From an uncultured Chloroflexia bacterium (lineage in GTDB: Bacteria > Chloroflexota > Limnocylindria > Limnocylindrales > CSP1-4), in assembly GCA_963698595.1 (NCBI GenBank), contig CAVORL010000006.1:307569-371568 (forward strand): a stretch of 64,000 nucleotides of DNA. Reading direction: 5' to 3'. The notes under the pieces were generated by a model, which had not been told where the DNA came from, ran no database searches, and was given only the letters and a program-made list of their open reading frames with translations. The first letter of the stretch is position 1; the number at the start of each line of letters is the position of its first letter. Position numbers and translations under genes: made by a program. Shown here piece after piece: positions 49,918 to 59,932 of the stretch.

Positions 49918-50723
49918 CGCGGGGTCTCCCGGGGGGCGCCCGCCCCGGGCGCGTCGCCCTCCATCGCCTCTCCCGGCACGGCACCCGTCATGACGGCAAC
50001 CAGCTGCTCTCGGCCCACCGTCGCGGCGTCATACGTCCCGACGTAGTGCCCAAGCCGCAGGACCGTGATCCGGTCCGCCACCTCGAACACGTCGACGAGG
50101 TTGTGGCTGATCAGGACGACGCCGTGCCCCTCTTCGCGGAGCCGCTTCACCAGCTCGAGAACCTCGTGGGTCTGGGCCACGCCCAGCGCGGCCGTCGGCT
50201 CGTCGAGGAGCACGACCTTGTTCTCCCAGAGCACCGAGCGGGCCACTGCGACCGACTGGCGCTGCCCGCCGGACAGCGACTCGATGGGGGTGCGGACGCT
50301 GGGGATCTTCACCGAGAGGCGGCGCAGAACCTCGATCGAGCGCTGCTCCATCGCGGTCTCGTTCATGCGGCCGAGTGGCCCGGGCCCGCCCAGCTCGCGG
50401 CCAAGGTACAGATTCGCAACCACGTCGAGGTTGTCGCACAGGGCGAGGTCCTGGTAGACGGTCGCGATCCCGAGCCTCGCCGAGTCGTGCGGCCCGCGGA
50501 TGGAGACGTTGCGGCCCTCGAACCGCACCTGCCCGGAGTCGGCCGGATGGATGCCCGCGATGACCTTGATGAGCGTCGACTTCCCGGCCCCGTTGTCACC
50601 GACGAGGGCGACGACCTCGCCGGGGAAGACGTCGAACCGGACATCGGTCAGCGCCTGCACCGCGCCGAAGCGCTTGCTGACCCCGGTCAGCTCCAGCAGG
50701 GGCGTGCGGGTCGCGACGGCCAT
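49914..50723 (-). CDS. sugar ABC transporter ATP-binding protein (single NBD)
   Basis: Walker A GDNGAGKST, LSGGQRQSVAVAR, VLLDEPTAAL. Confidence 0.85.
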   Translation of the reverse strand: MAVATRTPLLELTGVSKRFGAVQALTDVRFDVFPGEVVALVGDNGAGKSTLIKVIAGIHPADSGQVRFEGRNVSIRGPHDSARLGIATVYQDLALCDNLDVVANLYLGRELGGPGPLGRMNETAMEQRSIEVLRRLSVKIPSVRTPIESLSGGQRQSVAVARSVLWENKVVLLDEPTAALGVAQTHEVLELVKRLREEGHGVVLISHNLVDVFEVADRITVLRLGHYVGTYDAATVGREQLVAVMTGAVPGEAMEGDAPGAGAPRETPR

Positions 50724-50802
50724 CCTCTCCTCCCGATACGCCGACGGCGGGGAGCTTGGAGCTCCCCGCCGTCGATGCTACGCGATCTCGCAGGCGTTCT
50801 GC

Positions 50803-51894
50803 CTACTGGATTCCCGCTGCGTCGCAGGCTGCCTTGAAGTCGGCAGTGCAGATGACGCCGACACTGTCGGTGCCGTAGAAGCTGTCGGCGATGACCGTGT
50901 CCTTGACGGACTTGGTGCCCGCGACAGCCCCATCCACCGTGACGGCAATCGGGGTGAGGAGGATCGAGGGGACGTCCGCGGTTCCGTTGTTGACCGGCGC
51001 CGTGGTGTCGCTGATCGCCTCGCCCTTGACCAGCTTGCAGGCGAGCTCGGCGGCCTTCTCGGCCTCCGGCTGGATCGCCTTGTAGACGGTCATGTACTGC
51101 TCGCCACTCAGGATCCGCTGGATCGCATCGACCTGGGCGTCCTGGCCCGTGATGGGCTTGGTCGCGGGGTCGACGCCGTTCGCGACCATGGCCGCGTAGA
51201 CGCCGGCCGCGCCACCGTCGTTGGCGACGTAGACCGCATCGAAGCCGTCAGCGCCGAACTCGGCGATGGCGGCCTCCATGATCTGCTGGGCCTCCTCCTG
51301 CTTCCAGTTGGCCATCGCGTCTTCCTTGATGATGTCCACCTTGCCGTCGAGCACGCTGTGGGCACCCTTTGCGAAGAGGAGCGCGTTGTTGTCCTTGGGC
51401 GAGCCGTTGATCCAGATGACCTTGGCCATCGTCATCCCGCCGGCCGTCAGCTTGTCGAGCAGGGCCTGGCCCTGAAGCCGGCCGACAGCCTCGTTGTCGA
51501 ACGAGATGTAGTAGTCGGGAGAGCTGCCGCCCTTGAGCAGGCGGTCATAGCTGATGACCTTGACGTCCTTGGCTGCCGCGTCGGTGGCAATCTTGCCGCC
51601 GGCGTCGCCGTCAACCGGATCGAGGACCAGGACCGTGGCCCCGGCCGTGATCGCGGCCTCGGCCTGCTGCTGCTGAGCGGTCGCGTCCTCGGCCGCGTTG
51701 TTGTAGATCAGCTCGACGTCGGGGCAGAGCTCCTTGAACTTCGCCTCGAAGAACGGGCGATCGGCAGCCTCGTAGCGTGCCGTCTGCTTCTCTGGCAGGA
51801 GCAGCGCGACCTTGCCGTCGCTGCTCCCGCCGCCGCAGGCGCTGACCACGATCGCGATCGCGGCAAGGCCTGCGAACAGGGTTCGATGCTTCAC
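50803..51894 (-). CDS. sugar ABC transporter substrate-binding lipoprotein (periplasmic binding protein type I)
   Basis: Lipobox IVVSAC. The GTG start has AAGGAGGAG upstream and is the internal GTG at codon 35. Confidence 0.8.
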   Translation of the reverse strand: MKHRTLFAGLAAIAIVVSACGGGSSDGKVALLLPEKQTARYEAADRPFFEAKFKELCPDVELIYNNAAEDATAQQQQAEAAITAGATVLVLDPVDGDAGGKIATDAAAKDVKVISYDRLLKGGSSPDYYISFDNEAVGRLQGQALLDKLTAGGMTMAKVIWINGSPKDNNALLFAKGAHSVLDGKVDIIKEDAMANWKQEEAQQIMEAAIAEFGADGFDAVYVANDGGAAGVYAAMVANGVDPATKPITGQDAQVDAIQRILSGEQYMTVYKAIQPEAEKAAELACKLVKGEAISDTTAPVNNGTADVPSILLTPIAVTVDGAVAGTKSVKDTVIADSFYGTDSVGVICTADFKAACDAAGIQ

Positions 51895-51949
51895 GTTGGT
51901 GTCTCCTCCTTGACATGAGCCGGGGTTCCCCCACCGGGTTCCGAGCAAC

Positions 51950-51966
51950 TGTCGGGACCGCCGACA
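51950..51966. promoter_or_regulatory. Inverted repeat TGTCGG-N5-CCGACA in the divergent intergenic region (candidate operator), approximate position
   Basis: aacTGTCGGgaccgCCGACAtg lies between the substrate-binding protein start and the LLM gene start. A nearby direct repeat aaactgtc / caactgtc is also present. Confidence 0.3.
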
Positions 51967-52205
51967 TGATCGCTCCGAACCGGGGCAAACTGTCAAGTGG
52001 CTATCGGCCGGCCTGGGATCGCGGCGTCCGTGGCGGGTCGAGCCTCTCGTTGTCCCGGACGTACACTCGGCCCATCCGCTGCCCGAGGATCGTCGATGTC
52101 CTTCCCGTTCCGGACCGTGCTGGGAGCCGGTGCACCGCGGTTCTTCACGCCGGCATGCCGCAACCGGCGCCTCGTGTCGGCCCGATTCCGCGCGCCGGCG
52201 GCGTC

Positions 52206-53039
52206 ATGACGACCCCGTTCCCGGTCATCGTCAACCTCCGCGGCATCGGTGTCTCCTTCGCCTGGTGGCGCACGCAGGCGCTGCGCCTGGAAGGGGCCGG
52301 CTATGCCGGCGTCGCGTGCTGGGATCACTTCGTCAGCCGGGGCGTGCGCAGCGACCCCGTGCTCGAGGCGTGGACGACGCTCGCCGTGGTCGGCGGGGCG
52401 ACCACACGCCTGGGGCTGATGACCTTCGTGGCCAACGTCATGAACCGGCACCCAGCGGTGCTGGCCAGGATGGCGGCGACGCTCCAGGAGGCGACCGGCG
52501 GACGGCTCACGCTCGGCATCGGGATCGGTGGGCATCCCGCGGAGCACCTGGCCTACGGGATCCCATTCCCGGACGCCACGGAGCGCGCTGCTCGCCTCGA
52601 GGAGGCGGTGACCGTCCTGCGCGCCCTGTGGACCGGGGGGCCGATCACGCGGCCCAGCCCCTGGTACCCGCTCGATGGGGCCCACGCATTCCCGGTGCCG
52701 GTCCCGGCGCCGCCGATCGTCATCGGGGCCGAGTCCCGGGGAGGGGCGGCCCTCGCCGCCCGGATCGGCGACGGCTGGACGACCCCCGCTGCCTCGCTGG
52801 ACGACCTGCGGCAGGTCTACCTCGACGCCCTGGCGGCCGCGAGCCGCGAGCGAGCCGCGCAGCGCGTCCTCGTGGCCTTCGACCTGGGGAAGGGCGCGAC
52901 ACTGGCGGGAAGCCCCTGGGTGGAGGATCCGGCCGCCGCGGCCGCGCGCTGGCGGGAGGCGGGAGCCGACGGGGCGGTCGTGGGTGCGCGGAGCACCGCG
53001 GACGTCGATCGGCTCGTCGGGGCCGCCGCGCGGCGCTGA
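52206..53039 (+). CDS. LLM-class flavin/F420-dependent oxidoreductase
   Basis: GYAGVACWDHF...LGIGIGGHPAEH. Start is the internal ATG at codon 98. Confidence 0.7.
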   Translation: MTTPFPVIVNLRGIGVSFAWWRTQALRLEGAGYAGVACWDHFVSRGVRSDPVLEAWTTLAVVGGATTRLGLMTFVANVMNRHPAVLARMAATLQEATGGRLTLGIGIGGHPAEHLAYGIPFPDATERAARLEEAVTVLRALWTGGPITRPSPWYPLDGAHAFPVPVPAPPIVIGAESRGGAALAARIGDGWTTPAASLDDLRQVYLDALAAASRERAAQRVLVAFDLGKGATLAGSPWVEDPAAAAARWREAGADGAVVGARSTADVDRLVGAAARR

Positions 53040-53090
53040 GCGGCCCGCCGTGCGCGGCGCTGAACAGCCCGCCGTGCGAAGATCGCGAGC

Positions 53091-53951
53091 GTGACTCGGA
53101 CCTCCGACGCCGCCCGCGCCACGGCGGGCGCGACCACCCCCGGCGATCGGGCGCCCACGTCGGCGGTCGACGCCCATGCCGCCGACCTTGCGGCCGCCGT
53201 CGAGATCGCCACCCGCGCAGGCCGGCTCCTCGCCGAGCGGATCGACGACGCCGGCGCGGTCGCGTTCAAGGGGGTGCGCGACATCGTCACCGAGGTGGAC
53301 GAGGCATCCGAGCACCTCGTCCGGGCGGAGATCGCCGCGCGCTTCCCGGGCGACGCCTTCTATGGCGAGGAGTCCGGGCGCTCCGACGGGGGCGCGCGCC
53401 GGACCTGGGTCTGCGACCCGCTCGACGGCACGATCAACTACGCCAACGCGATCCCGTTCTTCTGCGTCTCCCTGGCGCTCGTCGAGGACGGCAGGCCTGT
53501 CGTCGGTGTCATCCACGACCCGCTCCGGGACGAGACCTTTGCCGCGACGTCCGGGGGGCCTGCGACGCTCGCGGGCCGTCCGATCGCAGTGTCGCCGAAG
53601 GAGCGACTCGTCGACCTCGTGATGTCGCTCGCGGTCGGGGGACGGTCGTCCGCGGCGCGGATCCGGCGGGTCCGCCGAGAGATCCGGGTCCCGCGCCAGA
53701 TGGGGTCCGCGGCGCTGTCCCTGGCCTACGTCGCGAACGGCCGCTTCGATGCCTTCAGCCAGACCGTCGGCCTCTCCCCGTGGGACGTGGCCGCGGCGGG
53801 GCTCATCGCCGAGCGAGCGGGCGCGGTCGTCACGGACCTCGCGGGCGGCCCCTGGTTCGATCTCGCCGCACCGACTCGTGGGATGGGGGTGCTCGCGGCG
53901 CCTGCGGCCCACCACCCGCGCCTCCTGGAGCTCCTCCGCGATCCTCCCTAG
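53091..53951 (+). CDS. inositol monophosphatase family protein
   Basis: Metal-binding motifs FYGEESG and WVCDPLDGTINY. GTG start. Confidence 0.8.
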   Translation: MTRTSDAARATAGATTPGDRAPTSAVDAHAADLAAAVEIATRAGRLLAERIDDAGAVAFKGVRDIVTEVDEASEHLVRAEIAARFPGDAFYGEESGRSDGGARRTWVCDPLDGTINYANAIPFFCVSLALVEDGRPVVGVIHDPLRDETFAATSGGPATLAGRPIAVSPKERLVDLVMSLAVGGRSSAARIRRVRREIRVPRQMGSAALSLAYVANGRFDAFSQTVGLSPWDVAAAGLIAERAGAVVTDLAGGPWFDLAAPTRGMGVLAAPAAHHPRLLELLRDPP

Positions 53952-54006
53952 CCCGGGCGACGTCGCGCCGCCGGCTCTCGGCGCCGCGGCCGGGCCTGCG
54001 GGCGGG

Positions 54007-54924
54007 CTAGGGCGCGCGCCAGCGATGCGGGCGCCGGCCCAGGCTGGGCAGCGACCACCGCGCACAGAACCCCTCCCACTCTTCGCGATCGGTGCCGGCC
54101 CACCGGAGCTCCTCCGCGGTCCTCTGCGGGACATGCGCGTCGAGGCGCAGGGTCGCCAGCTCGCGGAAGAGGAGGGCGTCGCTCCAGCACTCCCGCAGCG
54201 TGGCCGCGAGCCGCTCGGCACCCCGCACGCGCGGCCAGGCGGACGGCGGCGCATCCCGCACGCCCTCGAGCGTGCCGAACGCGGCGAGGACGGCGGACGC
54301 GCCCACGGCCCCGAAGCCGGGGATCCCCGGGAACCCGTCGGCGGCGTCGCCGACGAGCGCGAGCCAGTCGGGGATGGAGGCGGGCGGGACGCCCCATTTC
54401 GCGCGGACGCCGGCATCGTCGTAGACGAGATCGCGGCGCCGGTCGCGGAGCACGACGCGCCGGTCGCGGACGCATTGCGCGAGGTCCTTGTCGGGCGTGC
54501 ACACGAGCACCTGGGCCACCGCCGGATCCTCCCCGAAGCGGGCCGCCGCGGTGGCGAGAGCGTCGTCGGCTTCGTGCTCGACCATCGCCCACAACGGGAT
54601 GCCGAGCGCCAGGATCGCCTCCTCGGCCACGGGGAACTGGGCGAGCAGATCGGCCGGGACGCCGGCCTCCGTCTTGTAGAGGGGCCACAGGTCGTTGCGG
54701 AAGGAGCGGATCACGCGGTCGTGGGCGCAGGCCACGTGCGTGGCGCCCTCGTCGCGGAGCAGCGCCAGGAGTGTCCCGACGAGGCCGGCAACCGCCGTGA
54801 GCGGCATCCCGTCGCGCCCGCGGACCTGGGGCCGGGGTGCGTGGTAGGCCCGGAACAGCTCGTAGGTCCCATCGACGAGGTGGACGCGAACCTGCCCGGC
54901 CCGCGCCTCAGTCGGCGTCGGCAC
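54007..54924 (-). CDS. 5'-3' exonuclease (FEN-like, PIN plus H3TH)
   Basis: VHLVDGTYELFRAYHA and an acidic metal-binding cluster. Start is the GTG at codon 77, and the upstream part of the ORF is Ser/Arg-rich. Confidence 0.7.
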   Translation of the reverse strand: MPTPTEARAGQVRVHLVDGTYELFRAYHAPRPQVRGRDGMPLTAVAGLVGTLLALLRDEGATHVACAHDRVIRSFRNDLWPLYKTEAGVPADLLAQFPVAEEAILALGIPLWAMVEHEADDALATAAARFGEDPAVAQVLVCTPDKDLAQCVRDRRVVLRDRRRDLVYDDAGVRAKWGVPPASIPDWLALVGDAADGFPGIPGFGAVGASAVLAAFGTLEGVRDAPPSAWPRVRGAERLAATLRECWSDALLFRELATLRLDAHVPQRTAEELRWAGTDREEWEGFCARWSLPSLGRRPHRWRAP

Positions 54925-55486
54925 CGCTGCCGGCGGTCGCCTCGGCGTGGGCCGACTCCACGATCTCCCGCAGGCGCTCGAGGTCGGCCTGGAAGATCGC
55001 CCCGAGGATCGGCTTCTGGAGCAGCTGGCCCAGGTGGGGGAAGAGGGGCGGCACGAGGTGTTCGTCCCACCGCACCAGGGTCCGCGTGGCGTCGATCTCC
55101 TCGAGCGTGATGCGACCCTCCCCGGTGTACCTTCCCACATGGCGGATCCCAAACCGCAGCGGGGGGTCGAAGATGTCGACCTCCACGGGGTCCACCATCC
55201 CGACCAGGAAGATCCGCACGTCCGCGTCTCCGCGCGAGCCGACCCCGAGCGGGCCGGGGGTCGTGAGGCGGACGGACTTCATCTCCTCCATCCAGAGCGG
55301 CTGGCGCTCGACGTCGGAGACGAGGTCCCAGACGTCTTCGATCGGGGCGTCGATCGTGATCGCCATCTTCATGACCGGGTCGGGGCCTTCGCCGCGGGAG
55401 ATCAGGTCCCCGATCCAGCGGTCGACGAGGAAGGTGCCACCGACGCCGGCAAGGCCGAGGGCGACGAGGGTTCGAACGCGCATCAT
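54908..55486 (-). CDS. SRPBCC family protein with N-terminal TM/signal segment
   Basis: MMRVRTLVALGLAGVGG then a START/Bet v1-like fold. Only the 3'-terminal 192 codons of the 431-aa ORF are real. Confidence 0.55.
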   Translation of the reverse strand: MMRVRTLVALGLAGVGGTFLVDRWIGDLISRGEGPDPVMKMAITIDAPIEDVWDLVSDVERQPLWMEEMKSVRLTTPGPLGVGSRGDADVRIFLVGMVDPVEVDIFDPPLRFGIRHVGRYTGEGRITLEEIDATRTLVRWDEHLVPPLFPHLGQLLQKPILGAIFQADLERLREIVESAHAEATAGSGADAD

Positions 55487-56112
55487 GCTCTCTCTTCGGG
55501 CGCGGCCGGGGCTGCGGATCGCGACAGGAGGACGGCCCCGGCTTCCTTCATCGCCTCGAGCGCCTGGTCGCCGTCCCCGGGGTTCAGCTCCACGGGCCGG
55601 ATCGCGTCGACGAGGAGGCACGACTCGTAGCCGAGGGCGATGGCGTCGAGCACGGTCGCCTTCACGCAATAGTCGGTGGCGAGGCCGCCGACGATCACGC
55701 GCCGGATGGCCCGGCCGCGCAGCAGCCCGTCGAGCTCGGTCGGGACCGTGGCTCCAGAGCGCGGGTCGCGCAGCGTGAAGCCGGAGTAGCCGTCCTCCCC
55801 GGCCGTCCCCTTGCGGACGGCCGGCCCGGCGTCGCCGACGAGGCCCGGGTGGAGCTCGGCGCCCCACGTCCCCCCCACGCAGTGCACGGGCCACGTGCCG
55901 CCGTCCTTGGCGAAGTGGGGAGTCGCGGGTGGATGCCAGTCCTGCGTGTACGCGACGAGAGCGCCCGCCGCGCGCGCCGCGGCGATCTCCGCGTTGAGGA
56001 CGGGGAGGATGGTCTCGGCGCCCGCGACCGAGAGCCCGCCGGCCGGGTCGGCGAAGTCGTTCTGCACGTCGACGACGACGAGCGCCGTTCGTGGATCGTA
56101 CGCGCTGGCCAC
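55483..56112 (-). CDS. pncA: nicotinamidase/pyrazinamidase (isochorismatase family)
   Basis: VVVDVQNDF, a conserved Lys, and catalytic Cys in GLATDYCV. Confidence 0.75.
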   Translation of the reverse strand: MASAYDPRTALVVVDVQNDFADPAGGLSVAGAETILPVLNAEIAAARAAGALVAYTQDWHPPATPHFAKDGGTWPVHCVGGTWGAELHPGLVGDAGPAVRKGTAGEDGYSGFTLRDPRSGATVPTELDGLLRGRAIRRVIVGGLATDYCVKATVLDAIALGYESCLLVDAIRPVELNPGDGDQALEAMKEAGAVLLSRSAAPAAPEERA

Positions 56113-56232
56113 GCTCGGACTGTACCCGATGCGAGGCAGCCGGGTCCCCTGCCCGGGCGCGGGTGAGGCCGAGATGGGCTACTCTCGGCGACGGCGCCCG
56201 CACAGCACGACTCGCTCGTCCCCGTCCCAGGA

Positions 56233-58929
56233 GTGCCCTGCAGCGTGTATCCCGACGACTTCAAGCAGCAGCTCCCGGACATCGATCCGGCCGAGACGCA
56301 GGACTGGATCGACTCGTTCGACCAGGTGATCGAACAGGGGGGCCTCGACCGGGCCCGCTTCGTCGCCTACAAGCTCCTCAAGCGCGCACGCCAGCGCCAG
56401 GTCGGCCTGCCGCCGCTGACCAACACGCGCTACATCAACACGATCAGCCCGGAGCAGGAGCCGTTCTTCCCCGGCGACGAGGGGATCGAACGCCGGATCC
56501 GGCGTCTCGTCCGCTGGAACGCAGCGGCCATGGTCCTGCGGGCCAACACCAACTTCCCCGGCATCGGGGGGCACCTTTCGACGTACGCGAGCTCCGCCAG
56601 CCTCTACGAGGTTGCCTTCAACTGGTTCTTCCGGGGCAAGGACCACGGGGCCGGCGACCAGGTCTTCTACCAGGGCCATGCAGCGCCGGGCATGTACGCC
56701 CGCGCCTTCCTCGAGGGGCGCCTCAGCGAGGACCAGCTGGACCACTTCCGCCGCGAGACCCGCCCGCGCCAGGGCCTGAGCTCCTACCCGCACCCCCGCC
56801 TGATGCCGGACTTCTGGGAGTTCCCCACGGTCAGCATGGGGCTCGGACCCATCTCGGCCATCTACCAGGCCCGCTTCAACCGGTACCTGGAGCACCGCGG
56901 CATTGCCGACACGTCCGGGTCGCGCGTCTGGGCCTTCCTCGGCGATGGCGAGATGGACGAGCCGGAATCGACGGGCGCCCTGTGGCTTGCCGGCCGGGAG
57001 CGGCTCGACAACCTCACGTTCGTCGTGAACTGCAACCTGCAGCGCCTCGACGGCCCCGTCCGCGGCAACGGCAAGATCATCCAGGAGCTCGAGGGGCTCT
57101 TCCGCGGCGCCGGCTGGAACGTCATCAAGGTGATCTGGGGCCGCGAGTGGGACGAGCTCCTCGCCCGCGACATCGACGGCGTTCTCGTCAACAAGATGAA
57201 CGAGACCGTCGACGGCGAGTTCCAGAAGTACTCGGTGGCCGGCGGCGCCTACATCCGCGAGCACTTCTTCGGGCCGGACCCGCGTCTCCGGAAGCTCGTT
57301 GAGCACCTCTCCGACGATGACCTGACCCGCCTGCGCCGGGGCGGCCACGACTATCGCAAGCTCTACGCCGCGTACAGCGCGGCGACGGAGTTCCGCGGGG
57401 CCCCGACGGCGATCCTGGCCAAGACGATCAAGGGCTGGACGCTCGGGCCCGGCGTGGAGGGGCGCAACATCACCCACCAGGCCAAGAAGCTCTCGGAGGC
57501 CGAGCTGGCGATCTTCCGCGACCGCCTGGAGCTCCCGATCCCCGACGCGAAGCTCAAGGACGCGCCGTACTTCCACCCCGGCGCCGACTCCGCGGAGGTC
57601 CAGTACCTGCTCGAGCGTCGGCGAGCGCTGGGCGGCTCACTGCCCCGGAGGGTCGTCCGCGCGCAGCCCCTGCCGGCTCCCGGGGAGGCGACCGACGCGG
57701 AGTTCGCCGGGGGTTCCACCGCGGCGGTGAGCACGACGATGGTGTTTGCCAAGCTCCTGCGCAACCTCATGCGCGATCCGGGCTTCGGGCGGCGAATCGT
57801 GCCGATCATTCCCGACGAGGCCCGCACGTTCGGCATGGACCCTCTCTTCAAGGAGGTGGGGATCTACGCCAGCCAGGGTCAGCACTACGACCCGGTGGAC
57901 TCGGACCTCGTCCTCTCCTACCGCGAGGCGAAGGACGGCCAGGTGCTCGAGGAGGGGATCACGGAGGCGGGGTCGATGGCCTCGTTCCAGGCGGCGGCGA
58001 CGTCCTACGCAACCCATGCCGAGCCGATGATCCCCTTCTACATCTTCTACTCGATGTTCGGCTTCCAGCGCACCGGCGACCAGGCGTGGGCGTTCGCCGA
58101 CGCGCGGGGCCGCGGCTTCATGATGGGCGGGACGGCCGGCCGGACGACGCTGAACGGGGAGGGTCTCCAGCACGAGGATGGCCATAGCCACCTGCTTGCG
58201 TCCGTCGTCCCGCCGCTCCGTGCCTACGACCCGGCCTTTGCCTACGAGCTCGCGACGATCGTGCGGGACGGCATCGAGCGGATGCACGTCCGGGGAGAGG
58301 ACGTCCTCTACTACATCACGCTCTACAACGAGAACTACGCCATGCCGCCGAAGCCCGAAGGAGGAGTCGACGAGGGGATCGTGCGCGGCCTCTACCGCTT
58401 CCTGCCGGCGCCCGAGATCGCGGGCGGCGCCAGGGGGCGGGTGCGGCTGGCCGGGTCCGGAGCGATCCTCCAGCAGGCGATCGCCGCCCGCGACCTGCTC
58501 GCCGAGCGCTTCGGGATCGCTGCCGAGGTCTACAGCGCGACGTCGTGGCAGCTCCTCCGCCGCGACGCCCTCGAGGCCGAGCGTTGGAACCGCCTTCACC
58601 CGGCGGAGGCGCCCCGCGTGCCGTACGTGTCGCAGGTCCTCAACGCCGACGGTGGGCCGGTCGTGCTCGTCTCCGACTGGATGAAGGCACTCCCGGATCT
58701 CCTCGGCCGCTGGCTGCCGCCAGGCTACGTCGCCCTCGGGACCGACGGCTTCGGGCGGAGCGACACCCGCGAGGCGCTCCGGGCGATGTTCGAGATCGAC
58801 GCTTCCCACGTCGCGATCGCAGCGCTGGCCGCGCTCCAGGCATCCGGCGAGGTCGCCCCGGTCGCCGTGGCAGAGGCCATCGCCGCGCTCGGGATCGACC
58901 CGGAGAAGCCCGACCCGCTGGACCTCTAG
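56233..58929 (+). CDS. aceE: pyruvate dehydrogenase E1 component, homodimeric type
   Basis: About 900 aa, ThDP motif GDGEMDEPES...NCN. The start may be the second GTG at 56245, which has better spacing to AGGAG. Confidence 0.9.
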   Translation: MPCSVYPDDFKQQLPDIDPAETQDWIDSFDQVIEQGGLDRARFVAYKLLKRARQRQVGLPPLTNTRYINTISPEQEPFFPGDEGIERRIRRLVRWNAAAMVLRANTNFPGIGGHLSTYASSASLYEVAFNWFFRGKDHGAGDQVFYQGHAAPGMYARAFLEGRLSEDQLDHFRRETRPRQGLSSYPHPRLMPDFWEFPTVSMGLGPISAIYQARFNRYLEHRGIADTSGSRVWAFLGDGEMDEPESTGALWLAGRERLDNLTFVVNCNLQRLDGPVRGNGKIIQELEGLFRGAGWNVIKVIWGREWDELLARDIDGVLVNKMNETVDGEFQKYSVAGGAYIREHFFGPDPRLRKLVEHLSDDDLTRLRRGGHDYRKLYAAYSAATEFRGAPTAILAKTIKGWTLGPGVEGRNITHQAKKLSEAELAIFRDRLELPIPDAKLKDAPYFHPGADSAEVQYLLERRRALGGSLPRRVVRAQPLPAPGEATDAEFAGGSTAAVSTTMVFAKLLRNLMRDPGFGRRIVPIIPDEARTFGMDPLFKEVGIYASQGQHYDPVDSDLVLSYREAKDGQVLEEGITEAGSMASFQAAATSYATHAEPMIPFYIFYSMFGFQRTGDQAWAFADARGRGFMMGGTAGRTTLNGEGLQHEDGHSHLLASVVPPLRAYDPAFAYELATIVRDGIERMHVRGEDVLYYITLYNENYAMPPKPEGGVDEGIVRGLYRFLPAPEIAGGARGRVRLAGSGAILQQAIAARDLLAERFGIAAEVYSATSWQLLRRDALEAERWNRLHPAEAPRVPYVSQVLNADGGPVVLVSDWMKALPDLLGRWLPPGYVALGTDGFGRSDTREALRAMFEIDASHVAIAALAALQASGEVAPVAVAEAIAALGIDPEKPDPLDL

Positions 58930-59084
58930 ACGCCGCGCGGGCCAGCCCCAGCCACACCGCCAACCAGTCACGGAACCCTGGCGCGCGCTACCGCGTCAGG
59001 GGACCACGTCGGCCTGGCTGCCGACATCGAGGGTTGCCGGGCCAACGTCGGACGACCCCACACGAGCATCCGGGAGAAGAAGCC

Positions 59085-59849
59085 ATGACGACACCTCGTT
59101 CCACCTCCGCCGCCTGGTCGCGCCGCGGCTGGCTCGCCCTCGGCATGGCGATCGGCCTTGTCGCGGCGGTCGTGCTGGGGCCGTCCCTTGCGCCGCGCGC
59201 CAGCCTGGCGGCCGACGACACCGCGCCCGACCGCACGATCAGCGTCACCGGCACGGGCACCGTGACCCTCGTTCCCGACGTCGCGGACCTCCACGTCGGG
59301 GTCGTCATCCAGCGCCCGAAGGTGAAGGACGCCCAGGCCGCCGCCGCCATCGCCATGCAGGGGGTGGTGAAGGCCCTTCGCGACGCCGGGGTGGCCGAGC
59401 GTGACATCCGGACGACGACGCTCTCCCTGCAGCCCGTCTACGACTACAACAGCAACGGCAGCGCGCCGCGGATCGTCGGCTACGAGCTGCGCAACGGCGT
59501 CGTGGCGACGATTCGCGACCTCGACCGCCTCGCCGACGCCGTCGATGGAGCGCTTGCAGAAGGGGGCACCACGCTCGACGGGATCGCCTTCCGGATCGAC
59601 GACCCCACCGGGCCCGAGGGCCAGGCGCGCACGCAGGCCATGAAGGCGGCTCGTGCCAAAGCCGATGCTCTCGCCGGCGCCGCGGGCGTGACGATCACCG
59701 GCGTGGCCTCGATCAGCGAGCAGTCGTCCCCGGCGCCGTGGCCGGTGCCGTACGCCGGCGCAGCCCGGGACGAGGCGGTTTCCACGCCGATCCTGCCCGG
59801 CACGTCCGACATCACGGTCACGGTCAGCGTGGTCTACCTCATCGGGTAG
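59085..59849 (+). CDS. SIMPL (DUF541) domain protein with N-terminal RR-type signal
   Basis: SRRGWLAL twin-arginine-like signal, then the SIMPL domain. Start is the internal ATG at codon 181. Confidence 0.65.
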   Translation: MTTPRSTSAAWSRRGWLALGMAIGLVAAVVLGPSLAPRASLAADDTAPDRTISVTGTGTVTLVPDVADLHVGVVIQRPKVKDAQAAAAIAMQGVVKALRDAGVAERDIRTTTLSLQPVYDYNSNGSAPRIVGYELRNGVVATIRDLDRLADAVDGALAEGGTTLDGIAFRIDDPTGPEGQARTQAMKAARAKADALAGAAGVTITGVASISEQSSPAPWPVPYAGAARDEAVSTPILPGTSDITVTVSVVYLIG

Positions 59850-59932
59850 CGCGGGCCGGCGCCTGCGCCCCCGGTCGTCACACGAGCCCCCGGCGGCCCT
59901 CCCGGCCCGCCGGGGGCTATTCTCATTCGGCC

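Noticed and set aside
52130-54010. 626-aa plus-strand ORF
   Set aside because: Low-complexity Arg/Gly-rich. It is the alternative frame of the LLM and inositol-monophosphatase genes, which carry recognisable motifs.
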